Source: Octopus bimaculoides (Eukaryota). Taken from it: a stretch of 37,737 bases of DNA. The translations under genes and the position numbers were made by a program. The stretch spans positions 131,934,296-131,972,032 of the forward strand of contig NC_068981.1 in assembly GCF_001194135.2 (NCBI RefSeq), read 5' to 3'. Below the pieces are notes generated by a model. It was not told the DNA's origin, searched no databases, and saw nothing but the letters and a program-made list of their open reading frames with translations. Below are positions 10,701 to 23,500 of this stretch, piece by piece (position 1 is the stretch's first letter; every line of letters begins with the position of its first letter).

Positions 10701-13700
10701 GAGTGGTTGGCGTTAGGAAGGGCATCCAGCTGTAGAAACTCTGCCAAATTTAGATTGGAGCCTGGTGTTGCCATCCGGTTTCACCAGTCCCCAGTCAAGT
10801 CGTCCAACCCATGCTAGCATGGAAAGCGGACGTTAAACGATGATGATGATGATGATTCCTTAAATACATAGGTATTTACATATAGGTGTAAGTGTGGTTA
10901 AGAAATTTGATTCCCAACTACATGGTTTTAGGTTCAGTCCCACTGCATGGCACCTTAAGCAAATGTCTTTTACTAGCACCTCAGGCTGTGACAGAAGCCA
11001 AAAGAAGCCCATTGTGTGTAAATGAATGTTATTCATTTCCCTTATTCTATGAAAATATGTCTAGCCATGAAGAAATATTACCTTGCTTGGAAACAGGTAA
11101 GTGTTGGCAATAAGAAGGGCACCTGGCCAATGAAAATCTGCCTCAATGTACTCTGTTTAACTCATGTAAGCATGGAAAAGTGGATGTTAAAATGATGATG
11201 CAGAGGAGGAAGAAGAAGGGTTAACTAAGACTTTAAAATGATACTATAAATTTTATTCATATCTCATGGAAATAACTGCAAGCTTAATATATATCAGCAA
11301 CAACTCACCTTTCTTGGGTATGCTGTCAATCACTTTAGCTGCCTTGTCATTATTTTCAAGAATTACTTTACAATGTTTTTTATCTGTTTCCTCATCTGTG
11401 TGTTTATTAGATTTCCTCGAAGGACTTCTTCTGTAAGAGTAAATGCAACACAGTAAATATGGATCTCTGTTGTGAGAGTAAAAATTACAATGCACATTTG
11501 GTACTTAGACCAAGCAAAAAAAAAAAACATTTGTGCTATGGACCTTTGCTAATTTATGTCAGTGGTACATCACCTATGATATGAAGTAAGCATCAGCTAT
11601 AGCAATGCATCAAAAAAACATAAGAAAATAATAGATGATTACTGTTTACTTATTATCGTTTCCTGAGAGAACATTCTAAAATAGCATTAAAACAGAACTA
11701 AAATTAACAATTGCAGCGTGGAAGATGCTCATAAGCCACTTAAGAACACACAAAAAATGGTTAGATCACTTCAACATTTAAATTTAACTTGTGTCAAAAT
11801 ATTTTTGTCATTTTGAAATCATGACCTGTTGACTGACAAAACTTCATGCTGAAGTTTTGTCTGTGAACAGGTCACAGTTTCAAAGTGACAAAAATATTTT
11901 GACACAAATTAAATTTAAATGTTGAAGTGAATCCAACAGTGTTTTGTGGGTTCTTAAATGTCTTATAAACATCTTCCATGCTGCAATTGTTTTTGTTTCA
12001 ACACACAATCTCAGATCAAGTCACTTGCTATGCAAGTACATCTCTGTAAGTACTAAAATTGTTTAGCTTAATGGTACAGAGTGCTCAGCTGGAATTTGTG
12101 AAGTACAGGGTTTGATTCTCTGTAGTGGCTGCTAGCCACTTTTTTCTATCTTTAAGAGGGTTTTACCCAATTTTCTAAAAGCTATACTTTTGCATTTGAG
12201 ATTTTCTTAATTTCTAAAAATATATGTGTTGTAACACACACACACACACACACAAATTGTCTCATAGCTCTGCAGTTTTGAAGAACGAAAAAAAATTCAT
12301 TATTTGAAAAAACCAGAAAAAGTTAGCAACAAGAAGAGCATCTGGTCTCAATGTATATTTGTCTAACCTATGCTAGCATGGAAAAATGGGTGTAAAATGA
12401 ATGAACAAATGAACATCTAGTATGGTGCTGCTAAGCATATATACACCTTAGAGAAAACCTTCCAAATAATTAGTAGCATTTAATAACCTTCAGTTCACAA
12501 ACAGTTTGCTCACCCTGACAATTCTATTGTTACTACACTTTCCCTAAATGCATTAACTCCCGAAAGAAGCCCGTCGTATATATGTGTGTGTGTATGTTTG
12601 TGTGTCTGTGTTTGTCCCCCCCCCCAAATCGCTTGACAACCGATGCTGGTGTGTTTATGTCCCCGTAACTTAGCGGTTTGGCAAAACAGACTGATAGAAT
12701 AAGTACTAGGCTTCCAAAGAATAAATCCTGGCGTTGATTTACTCATCTAAAGGCAGTGTCCCAGCATGGCCACAGTCAAATGACTAAAACAAGTAAAAGG
12801 GTAAAAGAGAGTACATGTGAGAGTGAAAATGGAGGGTGGTTTGGGATGTGCTAGAAACAACAGCCAAATCTCCCTTGAATCGTACACCTTTTCTTCTGAA
12901 AATATTTACAATTTTTTTTTTTTTCACAGAAAAGGCTNNNNNNNNNNNNNNNNNNNNNNNNNNNNNNNNNNNNNNNNNNNNNNNNNNNNNNNNNNNNNGA
13001 AAGAAATCCATCTTCCTGAAACTTATGAGGGGAAAAAAGTTGGATTGTGTGAATTTTCTGAAACTCCTCTCACTACCCCCTCGAAAAAATTCTTTCCCAT
13101 AAATTCATATATATACTCTGAATCCATAGCATCTAAGCGGCATTCATTGAAAATTACATTAAAAAGTATCCATTTTTCTGGATGTTATGAGGCAACAAAA
13201 TCAGTGGGGTACACATCTGTAGTTATACCAACAAAACTATCCGGTGTTCACAGTAAAGGGCATTAACTCCAGATTTTACGACTTAAATTTGTGGACCCCC
13301 CCCCCACCTATCTTGAGAAGCTATGGTCCAATTTATGCGAAACTTGTTTTATTCCATTTCTATTCACATTTCAGGGGTACTTTACTTTCGGAGTATTTTC
13401 CCATTATGTGCCAGTTTGGCTGTATTGAATGACTGACAAGAAAGCAAGCATGCAATAAAAGAATTTTAGTAGTATATAGATAGATCAATAAAATGTCTGA
13501 TAACTAGAAACATTCTCTGTGAGGTTCATTCTCATCTAGTTTAGAAATTAAACAAAAAGCATATAAAAATAATTACAATCTGTACTATGACATCAATATT
13601 AAAGAAATACTAGTCTATAGAAATAGTCAGTCTTACACTGAGGCTGCGAGATCTTTCAACAACGGCTTTTTAAGTGCTTGCTTTACTGAAGTAAATTTTT

Positions 13701-15140
13701 CTTCTTTTATTACACTTTGAACATTCTAAAATGAAGAAAACAACATAAGCAAAAATAAGGTAACTTTTATACATAATAAAGAGCATGTAATAGTTGAATT
13801 TGTATGAAAAAATGTAATACAAGTGGTAAGCTCCCAGTAAACTGAATTTAGAATTAGAATATTTCACTTATTCTACTAACACTCATGAGAAAAACATGAA
13901 TGTCAAAGTTTTCATTCTTCTAGTTTTCAGAAAGGAGATGACAGAAGATAAAGTTAAGTCTTTAATTTTGATGGGAACAACCTCTCTTGCACTGGTAGCA
14001 TGATAAAATGCACCCAGTTCATGCTATAAAGTGGCAGAAGATAAAAAGAGTATCTGTGAAAAAGAAAAAAAAAGCCAAAAACATGAAATGAATAGAGATG
14101 TAGAGACTATAAGATCTGTGAAGGCAACTATTAATTAAAAACATTGATGCAGGACAGAGGAGACTGCTACAGATGCCCCTGCTCATACTGGTGATGGTGA
14201 CATGATAAAATTTGCTCAGGTCATGTTATTATTCATGACAGGAAGGGCATCCAGCCACAAAAACCAGATACATGAAGCAAAAATAGATGGTTTGTGGTAG
14301 GCAGAAGGTGGTGGCATTAGTTATTGTGTGAATGTGTGGAAGGTAGTAATGATCAGTGATTGAATGATCCAATAAGTGCTAGACAATTATGGTCTGGTAG
14401 AGTTGAGTTTGGAAGTGTGAAAGAGACCAAAAGTATTTAGAGTATCTTTATGTTATTCACAGATATGCACACACACACATACACTACACTATAGCTACAA
14501 ATATATAGGGCCATTGTCTTATAATTAAAGGAAATCCATACAGTTACACACACAAACACATTACACAGACATGGTTGGTGGTAGGAAGAGCATCCAGCCA
14601 TAAAAACCCTGCCAAAACAGACACAAGTAGCCTGGCGTAGTCTTCTACCTGGCCAGCCCCTGTCAACTGTCCTATCCATGCATGTATGGAAGACAGACGT
14701 TAGACGATGATAGTGATGATGATGATATATATATATATATATATATGTCATCATCTCTTCCTTAATTTTGTTGCTTCACAGCGTTCAGTATACACATATT
14801 TTTTCACATCTGGCTGTATAGACTTTCTTGTTTATTTTCACTGTTTCGTTTCCCTGTCTTGTTTTCTGTCCTCCACGGTACAAATTTAATTTGTGGTCCG
14901 TGGGAAGAGCCATTCCAACAATGTGTTCTGCCCTAACTCTTCGAAACGTCAGTGTTAGAATGGTGGCAGCTGATGAAGGAAATGTTCTCTATGTGGCCTG
15001 TGTGTTTTCTGTACTCTGTTTATCATTTTGTCTACGTTTTGTTTGCAACGTCCTGTACCCAGATATGCATCTATATATACAGGTAGATGTAGGTATGTAC
15101 ATACATGTACGTATATATGCATATACTCATTTATCATTTG

Positions 15141-15183
<43 letters not shown>

Positions 15184-18100
15184 GGGAAGTCAAAAATTAG
15201 CAGCACCTTCACCATAACATATCTTTATTATAAACGGAAGAATCAATAAATGCTATGCTTAGAAACTAGGCAATGTAACATACCTTGGGTTTACCTTCTT
15301 TGAAATATTGCTTCTGTGGTCCTCCAATAACAGTGTCCCCTCCCAATATTGGAACAAGGTCTGCCACAGCATGTAAACTGGCAGACACTAGTTTGTCATT
15401 TACATCACGAAGTCCAAGAAGCAACTAGAAGAAAGAAGCAACATTTAGAACTTGTAGAACTGTAGTATTCAGAATGAGTATTTTTAAGAATGAACTTTAA
15501 AAGTACACTATATGCAAAGAAATAAAGAGGAGTAAGCAACCCCCAAATAACCTTGAATATTATTGCTAAAACCAACTAATACAGGGAATGGGGCACCAAA
15601 TGTGAGCTTTGCACTACCAAAAAACCAAAACATCATCTAATCAAAAGCTAAGATTTTAAATATTAGGGATGAAACCTCCCCCTGCCAGCATAAGCAATAT
15701 TTTACACACCAAAACTTCAAAGAGGATTCCGCTTATTTTATAAACTGTACTGGAATTAATGTATTGCAGCAGTGAGTCCTTAATAAGGTGAGTCAATAAC
15801 AAGCATGTCATCTCTCTGTTGGATCCAATTCACTTACATGCTTTTTGGGCAAGTATGAAAATATGAATATCATATATCTGAGGTTTTATGCATGCATAAT
15901 TGTCATTATTTAAAAGAATTGCAATTGAAAATATTAAACTAAATCATGATGCAAAATAAGAAAAGAAAATATTTATTTTACTAAGTTATATGTGTAATAT
16001 ATAATGAAATATTTTTTTTTTGAGGGATTATATAAACTTCTAAAGAAACTAGCCCCAAGTTAAAAGCTTAAGATCTCTAAGGTCACCTTACTAGTAGTAG
16101 ACGGTTAATTTAAGTTACTTGGGACTCTATAAAACAATCTAAATATCTGTATAAGCTTTATGATTAAAAATGCTAATAAAAAATGATGTAATTAAATTTT
16201 ATCTTTAAAAAACATTCCTCGTTGAATTAACAACAAGAAATGAAAGCAAGATATAAACTTAAGTTGAAGATTAAAATCTCATTAGGAAGAAATACAGAAG
16301 CTTTGTACAACTGTCCATAACCTTATAAGGTAAATCTATGCTTTAGAATTGTATTCTATGACTAGACCCAATGCTATAATAATATATATTAAGACATAAT
16401 AACTTTACTTGCCTCAACCTAACTGACTGAATACTGAAGAAAGAAAATTGCAGAAATAAATGAAAGGCAAATGATTGCAAAATACAATAGTCACCTGTGG
16501 GAAAATTACTTCCTCAATTTCTTCTTTTTCAAATAACTCAACATAATAACGGAAATATTTCAAAAGAAGTAGACGGATATGAACTTCACGGACTTTGAAA
16601 ATGTTTACCAATTCTGGAATGACGTACTTTTTAAATACGGGTTTACTGAAGATTGACGATGAACAAGGAGTGCTGCTTGACTTCTCACTGGAATCTTTAT
16701 TCTCAGCTGCCAAAATAATGCAAAAATATGTTGTTGCTTTAGCTTATGAATTTGAATATAGTTTCCATTCAGTAAGTTCAATTCAAATTGAATTAAAATT
16801 ATTTAATTCATTAAGAATATTCAGAGCATCCATATGCTTCTGCACTTGGAAAGGTCCACTCCAAGGAGTAACACTCAACAAGATATTTTATCAAAGATCA
16901 GCAGTTATCCATACATGCAAATCTCTCCTTTCCATGCCTCTGACCTCATTCAAAAGCAAAGGCAGAACTGACACACTTCTGTAGCAGTGGTATTGCAGGT
17001 GTTGCCACCCTAACACAAAGAACAAAATACCCAGAACAGACACTAACAATTCTGCCAGTTAAGTATGCTACTTACTGACTTTGGAAAGATGAAACACAAA
17101 ATTAACCTTTGATGAGAGTCAGTTTTAGAAGAGAAAGTTGAAGGAAGAAATATGGCAAGTTACCCTATCCAATGCTCTAACAATTTAGCCAATACACCAC
17201 TTTTTGCCAGTGTCACATAAAATGCACTCGTGCAGTGCCATGTTAAAAGCACCCAGCACACATTGTAAAGTGGTTGATGTTAGGAAGGGCATCCAGCCAT
17301 AGAAACCAAGCCAAATCATATTGAAATCTGGTGCAGCTATCCAACTTGCCAGCTCTGGTCAAACCATCCAACTCATGCAAGCATGGAAAACAGACATTGA
17401 ACAATGATGATGATGATAAACATATTCATCTTCATCATATAATGTCCATTTTGCCATGCTTGCATGGGTCAAATGGAGTTTACCGAGGCAAATTTTCTAC
17501 AGCCAAATGTCCTTCCTGTCATCAACCCTCACACGTTTCCAAGCAAGGGAATACTTTCTCATGGCCAGATATATTTTTGCAATATACTGGAAATGAATGA
17601 AATTCATTAACAACAATCACACAATGCCAAGATAAAAAGATACACAACAGGCTTTTTTCAGTTTCTGTCCACTAAATCTCATCATAAACCATTGGTTGGG
17701 CTTGGGTCTTACCTAAGATGCAACAGAGAAGAACTGATCCAAACGCTATGTGGTTGAGAAGCAAACATCTTAATCACACAGCCACACCTGTGCCTATTAA
17801 TATATTTGTCAAATATATATTACAATGAACATATCATTTATCAGTTAATAGCTTTCGCTACCTAGGCGACCAAGTCTGTAGTGGGGGTAGTTGTTGTCCA
17901 AAATGCCCATTAAAATCTCCAGCCACAAAGATGAGATCATTGTTACTCTTCTTTGAGGTAGCCTACAGAAGAATATCATAAAAGTGATCCTTCTGTTCAT
18001 TTGGTAGGCCTGCTTGTGGGGCAAAGGCAGAGATTTTAATAAATTCTTCATTGTTTTTAAAATTAATTGAAACAAAGGCAGTGTATTTCAACAGAAATAC

Positions 18101-19845
18101 AGTAATGAAAGGGTAAAGACAAAGAACAATGTTAGAAACTAATTTATCTATCAAGATTTTTGAATGATTTTAATTAATTAATTAAAAACTGGTAAGGTTG
18201 AATTGATCTGTTAATTCAAACTTTGACATGAATAAACAGAATAATTATTTTTACAACNNNNNNNNNNNNNNNNNNNNNNNNNNNNNNNNNNNNNNNNNNN
18301 NNNNNNNNNNNNNNNNNNNNNNNNNNNNNNNNNNNNNNNNNNNNNNNNNNNNNNNNNNNNNNNNNNNNNNNNNNNNNNNNNNNNNNNNNNNNNNNNNNNN
18401 NNNNNNNNNNNNNNNNNNNNNNNNNNNNNNNNNNNNNNNNNNNNNNNNNNNNNNNNNNNNNNNNNNNNNNNNNNNNNNNNNNNNNNNNNNNNNNNNNNNN
18501 NNNNNNNNNNNNNNNNNNNNNNNNNNNNNNNNNNNNNNNNNNNNNNNNNNNNNNNNNNNNNNNNNNNNNNNNNNNNNNNGTAGCATGTGTAAGGACTTTC
18601 GAGCGAGATCATTGCCAGTGCCCCTGGACTGGCTCTTGTGTGGGTGGCACATAAAATACACCATTTTGAGCGTGGCCGTTGCCAGTACCGCCTAACTGGC
18701 CTTCGTACCGGTGACTCATAAAAGCACCCACTACACTCTCGAAGTGGTTGGTGTTAGGAAGGGCATCCAGCTGTAGAAACTCTGCCAAATCAGATTGGAG
18801 CCTGGTGCAGCCTTCTGGCTTGCCAGTCCTCAGTCAAATTGTCCAACCCATGCTAGCATGGAAAGCAGACATTAAACGATGATGATGAGAATTTCCTGTT
18901 GCTAAGCATTTAATTGTGGTATGTGGACACATTAAACAGAGTAATATGCTTACAACAAAAGATAATGATACATTCCTGTGGAAGGGTGAGTATCCTGGTG
19001 GTTTGTTGTGCTTGAAAAGACACATCAAGCTAAGTAAAAATGTGATTATCTATGAATACAGGCTCGTCCGCTGCAACCCTCTCTAGCTGAGCATCCCTAA
19101 TCTTGTGGGCTCGTAGGCGCTGGTGCCACATAAAAAGCACCCATGCCAGTGTTGTGTAAAAACACCCAGTATATTCTGTAAAGTGGTTGGCATTAGGAAG
19201 GGCATCTAGCCATGGAAACCATGCAGACAGGGAGCCTGAACAGTCCTTCAGCTGGTCAGCTCCTGTCAAACTATCCAACCCATGCCAGCATAGAAAACAG
19301 ATGTTAAATTATGATTATGATGATGATGATGATGATGATACAAACACACACAAACAGGTTTCTTTCTGTTCCTGATTACCAAATTCACTCATAAGAATTT
19401 GGTTGTCCCAGGACTATAGTAGGAGACATTTTCCCAAAGTGTCATGCAGTGGGACTGAACCTAAAAAGCATGTAGTTGGAAAGCAAGCTTATTACCACAC
19501 CAACACACCATAAAATACAATTCAGCTAAAGTGTTACTTCACTGGAATAAAAAAAAATGTAATCAAAGAAAAAGTATGGTTGATATAGCACAAACCTTGT
19601 TGAGGAATAAGAAGACTTGGAAGCAAGAACTCTTCAGCATCTTTGTTCAAGACAACAAATCGAGAAAGCAATAAATGAATCAATTGACTCCCAACCAGTT
19701 CTTCAGAATATTCCTGCAGCATTGAAACAACTTGGCTGCAAAAATAAACAAATAGATAAGCAAACAAAGCAGCAGCAGCCTCCTCACCAAATTTCAAGCC
19801 TTCTGCCTATAACAGAAAGGATTATCTATATATTTAAAACTGAGA

Positions 19846-19910
<65 letters not shown>

Positions 19911-20546
19911 TGTATGTGTGCATCATTAAAACTCAAGAACTACCCAACCAATTTCATTCAAATTTTACACATGCCTTACTTAGGGTCCATGGAGTGTCAT
20001 GAGCCAAAAAAAATTTCAAATTCGTGCCTAATGTGAGCCCAGAGCAATCTCTTATCTCTTACAGTTTCAGTATTACATGTCAAAAGTGAAACCATAACAT
20101 CTATTGTAATATGACATAATACTTTCACTATTATATGCATTCAATTTCAATTACTGTCAATATGTATTTATATATGTTTGTACATGTATATATATATGTG
20201 TGTGTGTGTGTATGTGTGTGTGTGTACTAGCAGAGATACCTAGCCTTGCTCAGGATTAAAATGGCATAGTTTTTTTATTGTTTTACTTGTTTCAGTCATG
20301 TGATTGTGGCCATGTTGGAGCAATACCGTTGGTTGAACAAATCGACCACAGGATTTATTCTTTGTAGGCCTAGTACTTATTCTATTAGTGTCTTTTGTCA
20401 AACCACTAAGTTATGGGAATATAAACACAGCAACATCTGTTGTCAAGCAATGGTGGGGGTACAAACACAGACACACACACACATACACAAATATACACAG
20501 TCTTCTTTCAGTTTCCATGTACAAAATCCACTCATAAGACTTTTGC

Positions 20547-20584
<38 letters not shown>

Positions 20585-23500
20585 CAGATGGTGGGACATG
20601 TAGAGATTCCCATTTGGTGTACGCAGCAGAATGCACGAAATACAACTTGATTTATGTTGGTTGTAAAACAGAACAATTAAACAAGATTTAATGGGCACAG
20701 ATATGATGTCAGGTACAATAACAGTAGTTTGAAAGAACCTTCTGAGCATTTTGCTTCAAACAGCTGCAATTTTGGAAAAGACTTGAAAGTGCATATTCTC
20801 AAAAAATTTTCTCAATCTCTTTCATTTTCACTTCTCAAAATGCATGAGAAATATGTTTGCAGGTTATTAACATCATGCTCTGGCGGAATGAATATCATCA
20901 AATTTATACAAAACTGTTTGATTAAATATTCTTCTTTTTTCTTTCTTCTTTCTTTCTGTCTTTTTCTTTTCACCTGTTATAAAATTGAAACTTAAAAACT
21001 GATGATGTCATTCCATCAACATGTGGATGCTGGTTTCTCTTGTTCGTACTTTAAATTTAAATTTCTATAATTTTGAATTTTTATCACTTCTTATTCTGAA
21101 CTCGACAAAGACAGGCTTACTGTTGAAATAACGTTCAACCAATAAAATACCTCTTACAATCAAATCGCGCTCTTCATCTTGACTGGTTACCTTTGTAAAG
21201 AGTTACGTCAATCCTTTTAAAATATTATTATTATTATTGAGTGAGAGAGCAGTGCATGCCATCAAAGTGACACTGGGGTAAAATATACGAAGCCCTTATA
21301 CCCATCATGACTACCCATCTGATAAGGGTACACCAGGCACATGCATCACAACCATATGTGTGCAACATGGTGATCTCATATCATAATAAACAGTGCATGA
21401 CCTCGCAGGTGGGGCAAAGTTAGAATTTTCTTTAGGTCAAGTAGTGCATCCCGCTCAAAAGGTCCCTGAATAAGGTTTGTTTAAGAATGTTGGGCAAAAC
21501 ACCCATGTTTCCATAGGTGAATTATTCAAACCCCAAAGAATTCCTCTCAACACATTGGTATGTGCTGTAATTTGTTGTGATGCTCTTATTTTACTGTATT
21601 GAAAGTATTTTACGTAGGATGTGTGCGGTGCCTAGTAGTGCTATTTTCTGTAAGTTATATATATTTGTTAGTCCTGGTGTTTTTTTAATGTATTTGTCTG
21701 AATATTTTTTATCATACCTAATGCACCTACTGTGATAGGAATTGTTTGTTTTTAGACTCCACATTCGAGTTACCTCTATTTCCAGGTCTTTGTATTTTGA
21801 AACATTTTAGAGAAACATTGTCATCATTATTATTAAGGTGGCAAGATACTCAGCAGCCTTTTGTCCATCCTTACGTTCTGAGTTCAAATTGCACTGAGGT
21901 CGACTTTGCCTTTCGTCCTTTCAGGGTCAATGAAATAAATACCAGTTATGCACTGGGGTCAATATAATTGACTATCACCCTCCCCAAAATTTCAGGCCTT
22001 GTGCTTTAAGTAGAAAGGATTATTATTATTAAAAGTTATAGTAAATTCAAATCCTGTTAATTTTGCTTTTTATCCCTCCATGGTGCAATAAAATAAAGTT
22101 CCAGTCAAGTACTAGAGTCAATAGTATTGTCTAATTCCACCCTCCCTTCAAAAACTGCTGGCCTTGTGCCCAAATTCAAAGTAATTATCAATAGTAGAAG
22201 TAGAATTACTATTAGCTCTTTAGCATTTAAACCAGCCATATCCAGCCCAAATGTACTACTAGTTTTATGTTCAAACAGGCTAGAACTGGATTCTCACATC
22301 TATGCAGCAATGCTATTCCAAACATATATAATCACATCATTGAAATCTTGAAGCTATGAGATAATGCAGGATTAATTCAAAATGATATGAATAAATGAAC
22401 CTTATATTTGGCAAAGTAATCTGAATGCTAAAAAGGCTAAGGGTAATGGAGTAGCAAGACCAGCAGAGTTGCAGAAATGACAAAGTGTTAGAAAAAATAT
22501 TTAGCAACATATTCACATTCTTTTATGTTCTGAGTTCAAATCCTGCTGGTATTAAACATGCCCTTCATCATTCTAGATGAAATTAAAATAAGTACCAGTC
22601 TGGCACTTGTGCCCGCGGCATGTGTAAGGACTTTCGAGCAAGATTGTTGCCAGTGCCCCTGGACTGGCTCTTGTGCGGGTGGCACATAAAATACACCATT
22701 TTGGGCGTGGCCATTGTCAGTAGCGCCTGACTGGCCTTCGTGCCGGTGGCACGTAAAAAGCACCCACTACACTCTCTGAGTGATTGGTATTAGGAAGGGC
22801 ATCCAGCTGTAGAAACTCTGCCAAATCAGATTGGAGCCTGGTATAGCCATCTGGTTTCACCAGTCCTCAGTCAAATCGTCCAACCCATGCTAGCATGGAA
22901 AGCGGACGTTAAACAACAACGATGACGACCAGTAATATTCTGGATCAATTTAATTGACTATCTCCCACTTACTTTTTGTGTGTGTTGATATTAAATATAA
23001 TATTAACAATACAGGGTTAGCCAAGAGTCACCCAACAGTAAGTCAAAATTCCATAAATACTATCTGTAATTCTGTATTGACACGAATGGAAAAATGTGTT
23101 GCTCAAGGACTTCAGTTTGAACAATTTTCCTGATGTTTCATATTTAGAAGCTTTTATTAAATTCATTCAGTTCTTAAACATAAATAAATCTTGGAATTAA
23201 ATAGTTTTGATTTACTGTTAGGTGAATTTTGGCCAACCCTGTAATACTTCCTTTTGTAAACTTGGTGTACATTTTGTACCTGCCCACCTGCCCATCTCTA
23301 CTGTTGTTTTTTTTTCTGTTTTATATCTTATCTCTCAACTGCCTCTCACCTCCATCTTATTCACTGTACCATTCCAATCATGTAATGAAGAATAACACCA
23401 TTCTGTCAATCCTTCCCTACTACTATTCATCAATCTCTATCCTTCTCTCCCTCCCATTACAATTCAGTATAATGAAGGTCTGCACCACGTTTGTTGGTAT

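Noticed and set aside
9353-10774. Long ORFs of 321-473 aa in several frames
   Set aside because: Artefacts of translating through the 824-N gap; the real flanks are RTE ORF end and UTR.
14828-15249. YIYIYI/CVCVCV/THTH ORFs here and at 19617, 20300-20749, 30675, 31216-31525 and 37006
   Set aside because: Translations of microsatellites.
18211-18695. ORFs of 133-155 aa (likewise 12784-13266)
   Set aside because: They span N gaps; no recognisable protein in the called bases.
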